DNA of 64,000 nt from an uncultured Elusimicrobium sp. (GCA_964490555.1 CAZBCE010000003.1:733-64732); one strand, 5' to 3'. Counted from the stretch's first letter, positions 54,234 to 63,207 are shown. Notes: generated by a model from the letters alone, not told the origin. Translations and numbers: made by a program.

Positions 54234-54482
54234 CTAATTATTATACTTTGCGTCAAATTCGTCATCAGTCATAAAGAAGTATAAAATACCCTCTATTATC
54301 CCTGCAAGAAACGGCAAAGCCGTCCAGCTGAAAAGCACATAAACAACGCCCCAGCCTATTCTGCCCGTGTAAAACTTATGCAACCCGAACCAACCCGCAA
54401 ATATTGCAAGCAGGCAGGCGGCAAGCCTGTCTTTAATTCTTTTTGAGCCTGTTTGAGAACTTATATAATGTTGAAATCCCAT
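54234..54482 (-). CDS. TM2 domain membrane protein
   Basis: FAGWFGLHKFYTGRIGWGVVYVLF pattern typical of TM2 domains; 82 aa. Confidence 0.8.
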   Translation of the reverse strand: MGFQHYISSQTGSKRIKDRLAACLLAIFAGWFGLHKFYTGRIGWGVVYVLFSWTALPFLAGIIEGILYFFMTDDEFDAKYNN

Positions 54483-54552
54483 AAATATTTCCTCTCTTAT
54501 ACCGTATTAATTTATTTTAGCAAATATAAATAAGTATAACCGTTTGTCCGTA

Positions 54553-54581
54553 TTGACTTTGTCAAAAGGTAATGTTATGCT
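54553..54581 (+). promoter_or_regulatory. sigma70-like promoter of gdhA with a palindrome over the -35 element
   Basis: TTGACT (54553-54558), a 17-nt spacer, then TATGCT (54576-54581). The -35 is part of the perfect inverted repeat TTGAC-TTT-GTCAA. Confidence 0.45.
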
Positions 54582-54619
54582 CAGATTAAGCAGCACAACA
54601 ACAGTAACGGAGGCCAATA

Positions 54620-55969
54620 ATGTCTACCAAAGTTTATCTGCAGAATCTTATGTCAGAAGTAGTAAAGAAGGATCCTGCGGAGCATCTGTTTCATCAAGCC
54701 GTGGAAGAGGTTATATCAACACTTGAACCTATCTTAACGGCCCAGCCGCAATACATAAAATACGCAGTTTTGGAAAGAATGGTAGAACCCGAACGTGTTA
54801 TCTACTTTAGAGTTCCTTGGACGGATGACAAGGGAATTACGCACGTTAACAGAGGGTTTAGGGTACAGTTTAACAGCGCAATAGGGCCTTTTAAAGGCGG
54901 GATACGCTTTCACGAGAGTGTAACCTTAAGCGCGCTTAAGTTTTTAGCTTTTGAACAAACATTAAAAAACAGTCTTACGGGGCTGCCTTTAGGCGGAGCA
55001 AAAGGCGGTTCTGATTTTGACCCCAGAGGCAAGAGCGAGGGCGAAGTTATGCGCTTCTGCCAGGCTTTTATGGACGAACTTTACAGACACATAGGCGAGC
55101 GTACCGACGTTCCCGCGGGCGACTTGGGCGTAGGCGCAAGAGAGATAGGATATATGTTCGGCCACTACAAAAAAATCACCAATAAATTTGTGGGCGTGTT
55201 TACGGGTAAAGGCCCGTCTTACGGCGGCAGCCTTATAAGGCCAGAAGCCACTGGTTACGGCGTGGTATTTTTTGCGGAAGAAATGCTTAAACGCCAAAGC
55301 GAAAGCATAAGAAATAAAACCTGCATAATATCCGGCGCGGGCAATGTGGGCATACACACGGCCGAAAAGATTTTACAGCTTGGCGGCAAAGTGGTAGGCT
55401 TTAACGATTACGACGGCGCGGTTTATGATAAAGAAGGCCTGAATACGGAAAAGCTGGCTTATCTTAAAAACCTTATTTTTGTGGAAAGAGGCAGCCTTAA
55501 GGAATACGTCAAAAAATATAAATCGGCGGAGTTCCACCAAGGCAAAAAATCTTGGTTTATACCGTGCTACGCGGCTTTCCCTACCGCTTGCGAAAACGAG
55601 CTTCAGCTTGAAGACGCAAAAATGTTGGTTAAGAACGGCGTAAAGCTGGTTTGCGAAGGCGCAAATATGCCTTGCACGCCTGAGGCCGTACACCTGTTCC
55701 AATCCAATAATATTTTATACGCGCCGGGCAAAGCGGCAAACGCGGGCGGCGTGGCGGTATCAGGTTTGGAAATGACGCAAAACACTATACGCCTTACCTG
55801 GACGAGGGAAGAAGTTGAAGTCCAACTGCACAAAATTATGAAGAACATTCACGCAAGCTGCGTGGACGCTTCCAAAGATTTTGGTAAGGAAGGCGATTAT
55901 GTTTTGGGCGCGAATATCAGCGGATTTAGGAAAGTGGCTGATGCTATGATAGCCCAAGGCGTAATATAA
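54620..55969 (+). CDS. gdhA: NADP-specific glutamate dehydrogenase
   Basis: GGAKGGSDFDP catalytic Lys block and GAGNVG Rossmann motif, 449 aa, GGAGG SD 8 nt upstream. Confidence 0.95.
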   Translation: MSTKVYLQNLMSEVVKKDPAEHLFHQAVEEVISTLEPILTAQPQYIKYAVLERMVEPERVIYFRVPWTDDKGITHVNRGFRVQFNSAIGPFKGGIRFHESVTLSALKFLAFEQTLKNSLTGLPLGGAKGGSDFDPRGKSEGEVMRFCQAFMDELYRHIGERTDVPAGDLGVGAREIGYMFGHYKKITNKFVGVFTGKGPSYGGSLIRPEATGYGVVFFAEEMLKRQSESIRNKTCIISGAGNVGIHTAEKILQLGGKVVGFNDYDGAVYDKEGLNTEKLAYLKNLIFVERGSLKEYVKKYKSAEFHQGKKSWFIPCYAAFPTACENELQLEDAKMLVKNGVKLVCEGANMPCTPEAVHLFQSNNILYAPGKAANAGGVAVSGLEMTQNTIRLTWTREEVEVQLHKIMKNIHASCVDASKDFGKEGDYVLGANISGFRKVADAMIAQGVI

Positions 55970-56027
55970 TATAGAGGCTATTTGCGCCGCTAAGATAATG
56001 GCGGCTAGCAAATTTCCACATTTTGGC

Positions 56028-56117
56028 AAATTTTGATTTTTTCTTCGTTAAAGTACCGAAACTCGCTTACGCTCGTGTACTCTTTCGTACTTAGCACTTA
56101 GAATAAAATCAAAATTT
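56028..56117. repeat. about 90-nt imperfect palindrome
   Basis: Perfect 13-bp arms AAATTTTGATTTT (56028-56040) and AAAATCAAAATTT (56105-56117). Further internal pairing includes AAGTAC/GTACTT and CGAAA/TTTCG. Confidence 0.55.
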
Positions 56118-56150
56118 CCTCAAAATCTAAAAATTCACGCAATCTTTAGA

Positions 56151-56198
56151 AAATATGCGCTGTTTTTTAACGGCGCATATTTTTTTTGCCGTTTAAAG
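56151..56198 (+). terminator. intrinsic terminator inside a long intergenic region
   Basis: AATATGCGC ... GCGCATATT stem followed by TTTTTTTT, about 180 nt after the gdhA stop. Confidence 0.6.
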
Positions 56199-56385
56199 AT
56201 ATTGCGTGATCTGGTTTTCTTTTTTGCCGTACGACCAAGCATAACACGATTATTTGCAAGTATTTTATGGCAAGACAAGGAGTAAGGAAGGAAGGATACC
56301 GTGAGCGGCTGGAAGCCCGTGTATCTGACCGACGAAGCGACGAAGTATTGCCGCAAAAGACGCCGCAAATTAATATAATACTAAT

Positions 56386-56958
56386 ATGGAATTGATAATC
56401 AACATAGACGGCGGCAGCCGCGGCAACCCCGGCCCGGGGGCCAGCGCGTGGGTAATAAAAGACGCGAAAGGCAAACTTATAACGCAAGACGGCCTGTTTT
56501 TTAAAGAATGCACAAACAATCAGGCGGAATTTACCGCGCTTAAAATGGCTCTTTCAAAAGCATTGGAACTGGGCGCAAAAAGCGTTAAAGTGCGCTCCGA
56601 CTCGCTGCTGCTTGTAAAACAATTTTTGGGCGAATATAAAATAAAAAACCCGCAGTTGCAGGAAATTATGGGCGAGATTAAACAGCTTTCCGCCCGTCTT
56701 AAAATACAAATAAACCACGTTCCGCGCGAGCAAAATAAAGAAGCGGACCTTATGTGCAATCAAACTATGGACAAGCATTTGAAAGGCGGCAAAACGCCAG
56801 CGCCTCAGGTGAAAATTGCACAACCCGCGCCCGCCCCGCAAACGGTTAAAAAAGTTGCCGTTGCGGCAAAACCCGCGCAGGTAGAAAAGCAAGCCGCAAA
56901 ACAAAAAGAACCGCAGGAAGCGCAACAACTTGAACTTTTTGACCTTAATAATTTATAA
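56386..56958 (+). CDS. rnhA: ribonuclease HI family protein with an Ala/Pro/Lys/Gln-rich C-terminal tail
   Basis: INIDGGSRGNPGPGASAWVI (catalytic D), NNQAEFTAL (E), VRSDSLLLV (D), REQNKEADLM (D). The last ~60 aa are low complexity (PAPQVKIAQPAPAPQTVKKVAVAAKPAQ). Confidence 0.85.
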   Translation: MELIINIDGGSRGNPGPGASAWVIKDAKGKLITQDGLFFKECTNNQAEFTALKMALSKALELGAKSVKVRSDSLLLVKQFLGEYKIKNPQLQEIMGEIKQLSARLKIQINHVPREQNKEADLMCNQTMDKHLKGGKTPAPQVKIAQPAPAPQTVKKVAVAAKPAQVEKQAAKQKEPQEAQQLELFDLNNL

Positions 56959-56965
56959 AATATAA

Positions 56966-57309
56966 GTATTCGGGCCGGGAAACCGCTTCGCCTAAAGCAA
57001 TTTAGGCGGGGAGGAACTTCCGGACTCCAAGGGCAGGACGCCGCGCGAAAGCGCGGGAGGGCGGGGCCATATCCCCGTTCGACGGAAAGTGCAACAGAAA
57101 AAATACCGCTGCTTAGGCAGTAAGGGTGAAATGGCGGGGTAAGAGCCCGCCGCGTTTGCGGCAACGCAAACGGCATGGTAAACCCCGTTCGGAGCAAGGC
57201 CAAACAAGCCGATGTACGGCCCGTACGCTAAGGCAAAGTAGGCCGCATAGATAAATGGTTTCCGCGCGCTTAACGGCGCGAACAGAATCCGGGGTACAGG
57301 CCCGAATAC
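56966..57309 (+). ncRNA. rnpB: RNase P RNA (bacterial type A)
   Basis: P1 pairing GTATTCGGGCC (56966-56976) with GGCCCGAATAC (57299-57309). Conserved blocks are GGAGGAACTTCCGGACTCC, GTGCAACAGAAAAAATACCGC, GGGTAAGAGCCC and ACAGAATCCGGGGTACAGG. A terminator follows. Confidence 0.9.
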
Positions 57310-57315
57310 AAATTT

Positions 57316-57341
57316 AAAACCCCCTTTTGCGAGGGGGTTTT
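57316..57341. terminator. bidirectional intrinsic terminator after rnpB and the kinase gene
   Basis: AAAACCCCC-TTTTGCGA-GGGGGTTTT. Confidence 0.75.
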
Positions 57342-57383
57342 ATTATTGTCTTAAATCAATTTTAACACGCTGTTTTTTGCCGC

Positions 57384-58319
57384 TTATTCGGCAGTAACTA
57401 CCTGAATAGGACTCTTTGGGTCAAGCGGTATGGCAAACCAAAAAACCGAGCCTTTGCCAAGGCCCGCGCTGTCTGCGCCTATGGCCCCGTTGTGCGCTTC
57501 TATAATATCCTGCGCTATGGAAAGGCCAAGACCCCAGCCCAGTTTTCTTAATTCTTCGGCCAAGGCTTCCGACTGTTGGAACTTTTCAAAAATTTTAACG
57601 CGTTCAAGATGAATAAGACCAGAACCGCTGTCCACCACCATAAACCTTATGTGGTTTTCTTCTTTAAGATACCTTATCTCCACAACTCCGCCGACGGGCG
57701 TAAACTTAAACGCATTGTTTACAAGATTGCTTATTACCTGCCCTATTCTGAATCTGTCGGCGATAACAGGTATTTGCACGGGAAAGTCTATCCTTCTGAA
57801 TACTATATTTCTTTGTTTAGCAATAATACTGTACTGGTTATAAATGTCGTCAACAAGGTCGTTGAAAATAAATTCTTTGGGAGTAACTTGCAGTTTACCC
57901 GTCTGCATCATTGCGGCGTCCAAGAGGTCGCTCATAAGATGGTTGATATTGTCGGCGGATTTTATTATATTTTCCAAAACTTTTTTATCGGCGGGATTTT
58001 GAGCCTCTTCGCTTAGCATTGACGCATATCCCTGCACGGAAGTTAACGGCTGCTTTAAGTCGTGCGCGACTATGGACATAAATTTAGATTTTATATCGTT
58101 AAGACGCGTTAATTCTTTATTGGAGTAAGAAAGGCTTTCTACGGTATCTTCCAAAGCTTTAACTTTTTTTACAAGGTGGGTTCTTAAAGTTTCTATTTGT
58201 TCTATGTATTTTGAATGCGCGGAAAATAAGGCCCTTTCTCTTCTTTTTTGACAAATAAGCTTGGCAAAAATAAAAGACAGAGCTGCTATAAGAAAAATTA
58301 TCAACGCGTTTATAAACAT
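57384..58319 (-). CDS. sensor histidine kinase (single TM, no recognisable sensor domain)
   Basis: H-box SIVAHDLKQPLTS, N-box NLVNNAFKFTP, G-boxes DSGSGL and GLGLSIA. No adjacent response regulator. Confidence 0.85.
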   Translation of the reverse strand: MFINALIIFLIAALSFIFAKLICQKRRERALFSAHSKYIEQIETLRTHLVKKVKALEDTVESLSYSNKELTRLNDIKSKFMSIVAHDLKQPLTSVQGYASMLSEEAQNPADKKVLENIIKSADNINHLMSDLLDAAMMQTGKLQVTPKEFIFNDLVDDIYNQYSIIAKQRNIVFRRIDFPVQIPVIADRFRIGQVISNLVNNAFKFTPVGGVVEIRYLKEENHIRFMVVDSGSGLIHLERVKIFEKFQQSEALAEELRKLGWGLGLSIAQDIIEAHNGAIGADSAGLGKGSVFWFAIPLDPKSPIQVVTAE

Positions 58320-58342
58320 AGCACTATAATTATAGTAACAAA

Positions 58343-58966
58343 TTATTTATATTTGGACAGCAACTTTTCAATCTCGGCCGCGTCCAAATCCCCGCTTCTT
58401 ATAACCTTAACCCCCTCCGCGGAAACGTCAATAACGGCGGAAGGCCTTGTGTTTATATCACCATTTAAGACGATAATATCAACCCGTCCGTCAAAAACTT
58501 TAAGTATTTCTTCCTCATTAGAACAAACGGGGTCGCTGTGCATATTGGCGCTGCTGGCCAAAAGCGGACTTTGCAAAACTTCCATTATGCCAAGCACAAA
58601 AACATTATCAGGCACGCGCAGGCCTATGGTGGGACTGCCGTTTAAAAAAGCCGCGCCTTTTGCGGAACTGCGCCCGACAAGCGTAAGCGCGCCCGGCCAA
58701 AACTTTTGCGCCGCGGCGGTAAATTTAGCGTCAGGCTGAGCCAGTTCAAAAGCCTGCGGAAAGGTGCATAAAACCTGCGCGGGCTTATCGGAAGGATTAT
58801 TTTTTATTTTATTTAATTTATCTAAAGCGGCGGGATAGTCCGCGCAAACCGTAACGCCGTAAACGGTATCAGTGGGCAGCACGGCGCAGGCGCCTTCCTT
58901 TAAAACCTTTATTATATGCAGGTGGTCCCTAAGCGGCAGACCGTTAAGTTTAAAAATCTCCGTCAT
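58343..58966 (-). CDS. tsaC: L-threonylcarbamoyladenylate synthase (TsaC/YrdC family)
   Basis: VLPTDTVYGV, RVPDN and SANMHSDP blocks. The ATG at 58966 overlaps the rsmI end; the track ORF starts 60 nt earlier. Confidence 0.85.
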   Translation of the reverse strand: MTEIFKLNGLPLRDHLHIIKVLKEGACAVLPTDTVYGVTVCADYPAALDKLNKIKNNPSDKPAQVLCTFPQAFELAQPDAKFTAAAQKFWPGALTLVGRSSAKGAAFLNGSPTIGLRVPDNVFVLGIMEVLQSPLLASSANMHSDPVCSNEEEILKVFDGRVDIIVLNGDINTRPSAVIDVSAEGVKVIRSGDLDAAEIEKLLSKYK

Positions 58967-59657
58967 CTTCTTCCTCTTCCTGCGGCTCTGTTTGACGGGC
59001 GTCAAGAACAACGGCAAATTCGCCAAGTATCTTTTTGCGCGCAGATAAATTTGCAGAGACTTCCGCCGCCGTGCCGCTTAACCATTCCTCAAAAGTTTTG
59101 GTAAGTTCGCGCGCTATCACAACGCGCACCGCGGGGCCGAAGTTCTTTGTAACCAAATCTAAAAATTTTATTATTCTGTAAGGCGATTCATATACAACCA
59201 CGGGCCGCTCCAAAGCGAAAGCCGCCGTAAGAAGCTTTACTGTTTTGCCCTGCTTTTTGGGCATAAAACCCAAAAAAGTAAAACCTCCTCCCCCCATTCC
59301 CGCGCCGCTTAAAGCGCAGGTTAACGCGCTGGGGCCGGGCAGGGCCGTAATCTTTACGCCTTTCTCGCGCGCTGCTTTTACCAGCTTCCACCCCGGGTCT
59401 GAAACGCACGGGGTACCCGCGTCGGAAACAAGCGCGCAGTTTTTGCCGCTTTCCAAAAGGTCCAGACAATGTTTTACGGAAAAGTCATCAGCCTCGTTAT
59501 ATCTTACGGGGCGGGCCGTAACGCCGTAATTATCCAAAAGTTTTTTTGTCTGGCGAGTATCTTCGCACAAAACAAAATCCGCCGCTTTTAAAACTTCAAG
59601 GCAGCGTAAGGTTATATCCTGCAAATTGCCTATAGGGGTTGGAACTATGTATAACAT
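58950..59657 (-). CDS. rsmI: 16S rRNA (cytidine1402-2'-O)-methyltransferase
   Basis: MLYIVPTPIGNLQDITLRCLEVLK, SDAGTPCVSDPG. Confidence 0.93.
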   Translation of the reverse strand: MLYIVPTPIGNLQDITLRCLEVLKAADFVLCEDTRQTKKLLDNYGVTARPVRYNEADDFSVKHCLDLLESGKNCALVSDAGTPCVSDPGWKLVKAAREKGVKITALPGPSALTCALSGAGMGGGGFTFLGFMPKKQGKTVKLLTAAFALERPVVVYESPYRIIKFLDLVTKNFGPAVRVVIARELTKTFEEWLSGTAAEVSANLSARKKILGEFAVVLDARQTEPQEEEEDDGDF

Positions 59658-59735
59658 AAATAAATTCTATCAAATAGCAAAGTTACTTTTGTAAAATATA
59701 AGTAGCGCGTAAACGCAAGAGAGGAATGCCGCAGA

Positions 59736-61127
59736 ATGAAAATTAAAATTAATACCACCATTATATTACTTGCCATTATAGCAATAACCGCAATTTTTAC
59801 CTGGATAGTACCCGCAGGACAATACGAGAAAGTATCACAAAACGGCCGTCAGGTGCTGGTGGAAGGCTCTTTCCATTTTATAGAAGCCTCCCCGCAAAAA
59901 CCTTTTGACGTACTTAAAGCGCCTATGGAAGCTTTCGGGCGTTCCAGCACGGCAGGCGTTATAGCCTTTTTACTTATAATCGGCGGCTCTTTTATGGTTG
60001 TGGAAAAAACGGGCGCAATAGCCTCCGCAATAAAAGCCACAAGCGCTTTATTTTTAAAACACCCCGCGCTTAAAAGCCTGTACATACCCGTTACAACTAT
60101 ACTCTTTTCCATAGGCGGCGCAACCTTTGGCATGGGTGAAGAAACCTTAATATTTATACCTATTTTAATACCGCTTTCCCTCTCTCTTAAGTACGACTCC
60201 GCCATAGGCGTTATGATGCCCTTTCTGGGTTCTATAGCAGGTTTTACGGCGGGCTTTATGAACCCGTTCAGCACGGGTATTGCGCAGGGCATCGCGCAGC
60301 TGCCTTTATATTCAGGCTTCACATATCGCCTTATAATATGGATTGCGGCTACAGCCGTTACCATAGGTTTTATTTTGCTTTACTCCGGAAAAGTTGCCAA
60401 AAATCCCGAATGCAGTTTAACTTACGATTTTGATAAAGAGAGAAGAAAAGAACTTCATATCAACCACACCGCGCAGGAAAAATTTACGCTCTCCCACAAA
60501 ATAGTACTTACGGCATTTGCTCTTACTATGGTCGGATTAGTTTTCGGCGTGCTTAAGTACGAATGGTATATAACGGAAATCGGCGCATTATTCTTCGGCC
60601 TCGGTATTGTTGCGGCAATATTCGGCGGAATTAAAATGAGCGAAGCCACCGAAGCCTTTTATAACGGCGTGCGCGGCATGTCGGAAATTGTGTTTATGCT
60701 CGCATTGGCAACAGCCATTATAGTAATTGCGGAAAACGGACATATCTTAGACACAATACTGTTTTATATGGCGGGCGCGATATCCAAACTTAACTCGGTA
60801 GTAGCGTCTTGGGCGGCATTTTTGATGGAAGCCGTGTTAAAGTTTTTTATCCCCTCCTCTTCGGGCAAAGCCGTGCTTACTATGCCGATACTTGCGCCTC
60901 TTTCGGACCTTATAGGCCTTTCGCGCCAGACTATGATTTTAGCCTATCAATTCGGCGACGGCTGGATTGACGTTTTAATACCCACCAACGCTGTTTTACT
61001 TGCCGCAATAGGTATGGCAAAAATACCGTATCAGAAATGGATTAAATTTATAATCCCTCTGGTGGCAGTGTGGTTTATAATGTCCTTCGCGTTTTTGGCG
61101 ATAGCGGTAAAAATAAACCTTCAGTAA
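59736..61127 (+). CDS. YfcC-family (DcuC/ArsB-superfamily-like) transporter
   Basis: 463 aa polytopic. The N-terminus ILLAIIAITAIFTWIVPAGQYEK and overall pattern resemble YfcC-type putative amino-acid/carboxylate carriers. Confidence 0.7.
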   Translation: MKIKINTTIILLAIIAITAIFTWIVPAGQYEKVSQNGRQVLVEGSFHFIEASPQKPFDVLKAPMEAFGRSSTAGVIAFLLIIGGSFMVVEKTGAIASAIKATSALFLKHPALKSLYIPVTTILFSIGGATFGMGEETLIFIPILIPLSLSLKYDSAIGVMMPFLGSIAGFTAGFMNPFSTGIAQGIAQLPLYSGFTYRLIIWIAATAVTIGFILLYSGKVAKNPECSLTYDFDKERRKELHINHTAQEKFTLSHKIVLTAFALTMVGLVFGVLKYEWYITEIGALFFGLGIVAAIFGGIKMSEATEAFYNGVRGMSEIVFMLALATAIIVIAENGHILDTILFYMAGAISKLNSVVASWAAFLMEAVLKFFIPSSSGKAVLTMPILAPLSDLIGLSRQTMILAYQFGDGWIDVLIPTNAVLLAAIGMAKIPYQKWIKFIIPLVAVWFIMSFAFLAIAVKINLQ

Positions 61128-61136
61128 AATTTTTAA

Positions 61137-61159
61137 GGGCCTCGCGCGAGGCCCTTTTT
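61137..61159 (+). terminator. intrinsic terminator
   Basis: GGGCCTCG-CG-CGAGGCCC followed by TTTTT. Confidence 0.75.
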
Positions 61160-61166
61160 ATCAATT

Positions 61167-62582
61167 ATGAACTTTAAACCCGACGTCAGCGCATTATCCC
61201 TTTTTACGGTTTGGGACGGTTTGGTATTTTTTTTAATACTGTTTATTACCGTCCTAAGCGTTATTGTCGGACATTTAAAAAGAGATAAGCGCGGCAATAA
61301 ATTTTTGGATTATATGCTTATGGGCCGCAAGCTTTCCCTGCCGCTTTTTGTGGCTACGCTTACGGCAAGTTGGTACGGCGGAATTTTTGGCGTAAACGAG
61401 ATTACTTTTAACTTCGGCATATACAACTTTATAACGCAGGGCGTGTTTTGGTACGCGGCTTATATTATCTTCGCGCTGTTTATGGTAGATAAAATAAAAA
61501 AATATGAAAGCGTAACAATGCCCGAACTGGCCCTGCAAATGTTCGGCAAAAAATCCTCCCGCACGGCGGCGGTGTTTACTTTCTTTGGCATACTGCCGAT
61601 AACTTATGTTTTAAGCCTTGGTATATTTTTGGATTTACTTTTTAATATCGGCCCCGTTAAAGGTATGATTACAGGCACGGTTTTTGTATGCCTTTACTCG
61701 GCGTGGGGCGGGTTTAGGGCTGTAGTATTTTCCGACTTAGTACAGTTTTTTGTTATGTGCGCCTCGGTATTAATAGTACTGTTATTTTCAATCGGTACTT
61801 TTGGCGGATTAGGGTTTTTAAAAGCGCATTTACCGGCATCACATTTTTCCTTAACGGGCGGCAACGGGTGGCTTAACACTTTGGTTTGGGGCGCAATCGC
61901 GCTTGCTACTCTTGTGGACCCTGCATTCTACCAGCGCGTGTTTGCAGCAAAAGATAACAGGACGGCAAAAACGGGTATTTTAATTTGCACTTTTATATGG
62001 TTTTGCTTTGATATTTGCACAACGGGCGGCACGCTTTACGCGCGCGCGCTTCTGCCAGACGCCCTTCCCGCGCATTCTTACTTTTTATACGCAATGCAGC
62101 TTTTGCCCCCAGGTTTAAGAGGCTTTTTTGCGGCGGGTATTTTGGCCGTAATACTTTCCACCTTAGACGCGTTTTTGTTTATAGCCTCAAACACTTTGGG
62201 GTATGATTTACTTAAAGATAAATTTAAAAATAAAGTATTGGCAAATCAAATGTTCTTTTTTATAGTCGCCGCGATAGCCATACTTTTGGCGATATTCTTT
62301 AAAGGCAATTTCCGCGAGATTTGGTTCGTGCTTGGTTCTTATATGTCTGCGTGTTTGCTTATACCTATGCTGTTTGGGCATATATGGCCGCGCAGGATAA
62401 GCGACAATGTTTTTACTTTCTCCTCCCTCTGCTGCGCGGGGCTGATAACCGTGTGGAATATAATTCCCAGAAGCGGCATTTGGCAGGAGATTAACGGCTT
62501 TTACATAGGCATAGCATTTAACCTGCTTACGCTTGGTTTTGCTATACTAAGCACAAGGAAAACAAATGAAAACCGTCAATAA
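61167..62582 (+). CDS. sodium:solute symporter (SSS) family transporter
   Basis: 471 aa with about 13 TM helices. Early MGRKLSLPLFVATLTASWYGGIFGV resembles the SSS signature region (G-R-x-L...T-W-x-G-G). Confidence 0.78.
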   Translation: MNFKPDVSALSLFTVWDGLVFFLILFITVLSVIVGHLKRDKRGNKFLDYMLMGRKLSLPLFVATLTASWYGGIFGVNEITFNFGIYNFITQGVFWYAAYIIFALFMVDKIKKYESVTMPELALQMFGKKSSRTAAVFTFFGILPITYVLSLGIFLDLLFNIGPVKGMITGTVFVCLYSAWGGFRAVVFSDLVQFFVMCASVLIVLLFSIGTFGGLGFLKAHLPASHFSLTGGNGWLNTLVWGAIALATLVDPAFYQRVFAAKDNRTAKTGILICTFIWFCFDICTTGGTLYARALLPDALPAHSYFLYAMQLLPPGLRGFFAAGILAVILSTLDAFLFIASNTLGYDLLKDKFKNKVLANQMFFFIVAAIAILLAIFFKGNFREIWFVLGSYMSACLLIPMLFGHIWPRRISDNVFTFSSLCCAGLITVWNIIPRSGIWQEINGFYIGIAFNLLTLGFAILSTRKTNENRQ

Positions 62583-63192
62583 TATTTTGCTTATAGCCAA
62601 CGGCAGCGGGGAAGACGCCGCCTTCATAAAAACCCTTGCAAAAGAGTGTGATTTTGTTTTGGCTGTTGACGGCGGAGCGGACACCGCTTTAAAGGCGGGA
62701 GTAACGCCCGATTTAGTTATAGGGGATTTAGATTCTATATCTTCCGCCGCAAAAGAAAAACTTGGCAAGGATAAACTTTTTAAAGTGTCGCGCCAAGATA
62801 ATACCGATTTGGAAAAAGCCTTAGACTTTACCCTTGTGCTAAAGCCGAAAACGACAACAATAATTTGCGCATCGGGCGGAAGATTGGACTTTACTTTAAG
62901 CAATGTGTCTTCCGTTTTTAACTACACAAAAAAGCTGCACGTTGTTTTAAAGGGTAAAGGCTGGCGCATATACCCTATAGAAAAATCAAGCTCGTTTACC
63001 TGTAAGAAAGGCGCGACGGTAAGCCTTATCCCGATGGGAACGGCAAAGGGCATAACTTTAAAAAATTTAAAATATCCGCTTGATAATGCCACGCTTAAAA
63101 CAGGCCTTACTGCCGTCAGTAATGTGGCAAAGAAAGATAATTTTGAAGTGCTGCTTAAAAGCGGCAAACTGCTTGTGATGATTTACGATTGA
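62566..63192 (+). CDS. thiN: thiamine pyrophosphokinase
   Basis: VLAVDGGAD, VIGDLDSIS, QDNTDLEKAL, ASGGRLDF and LKYPLDN match TPK blocks (B. subtilis YloS type). Overlaps the SSS gene by 17 nt. Confidence 0.85.
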   Translation: MKTVNNILLIANGSGEDAAFIKTLAKECDFVLAVDGGADTALKAGVTPDLVIGDLDSISSAAKEKLGKDKLFKVSRQDNTDLEKALDFTLVLKPKTTTIICASGGRLDFTLSNVSSVFNYTKKLHVVLKGKGWRIYPIEKSSSFTCKKGATVSLIPMGTAKGITLKNLKYPLDNATLKTGLTAVSNVAKKDNFEVLLKSGKLLVMIYD

Positions 63193-63207
63193 GATAAAAT
63201 TACTGCG

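Noticed and set aside
56805-57207. Minus-strand ORFs overlapping 56966..57309
   Set aside because: The region folds as RNase P RNA with the conserved type-A blocks. The ORFs are artefacts of GC-rich structured RNA.
61128-61166. TPP riboswitch upstream of the SSS-thiN pair (also checked 59658-59735)
   Set aside because: The intergenic regions are too short and lack the CUGAGA / ACCUGAUCUGG-type conserved elements. The first contains only a terminator hairpin.
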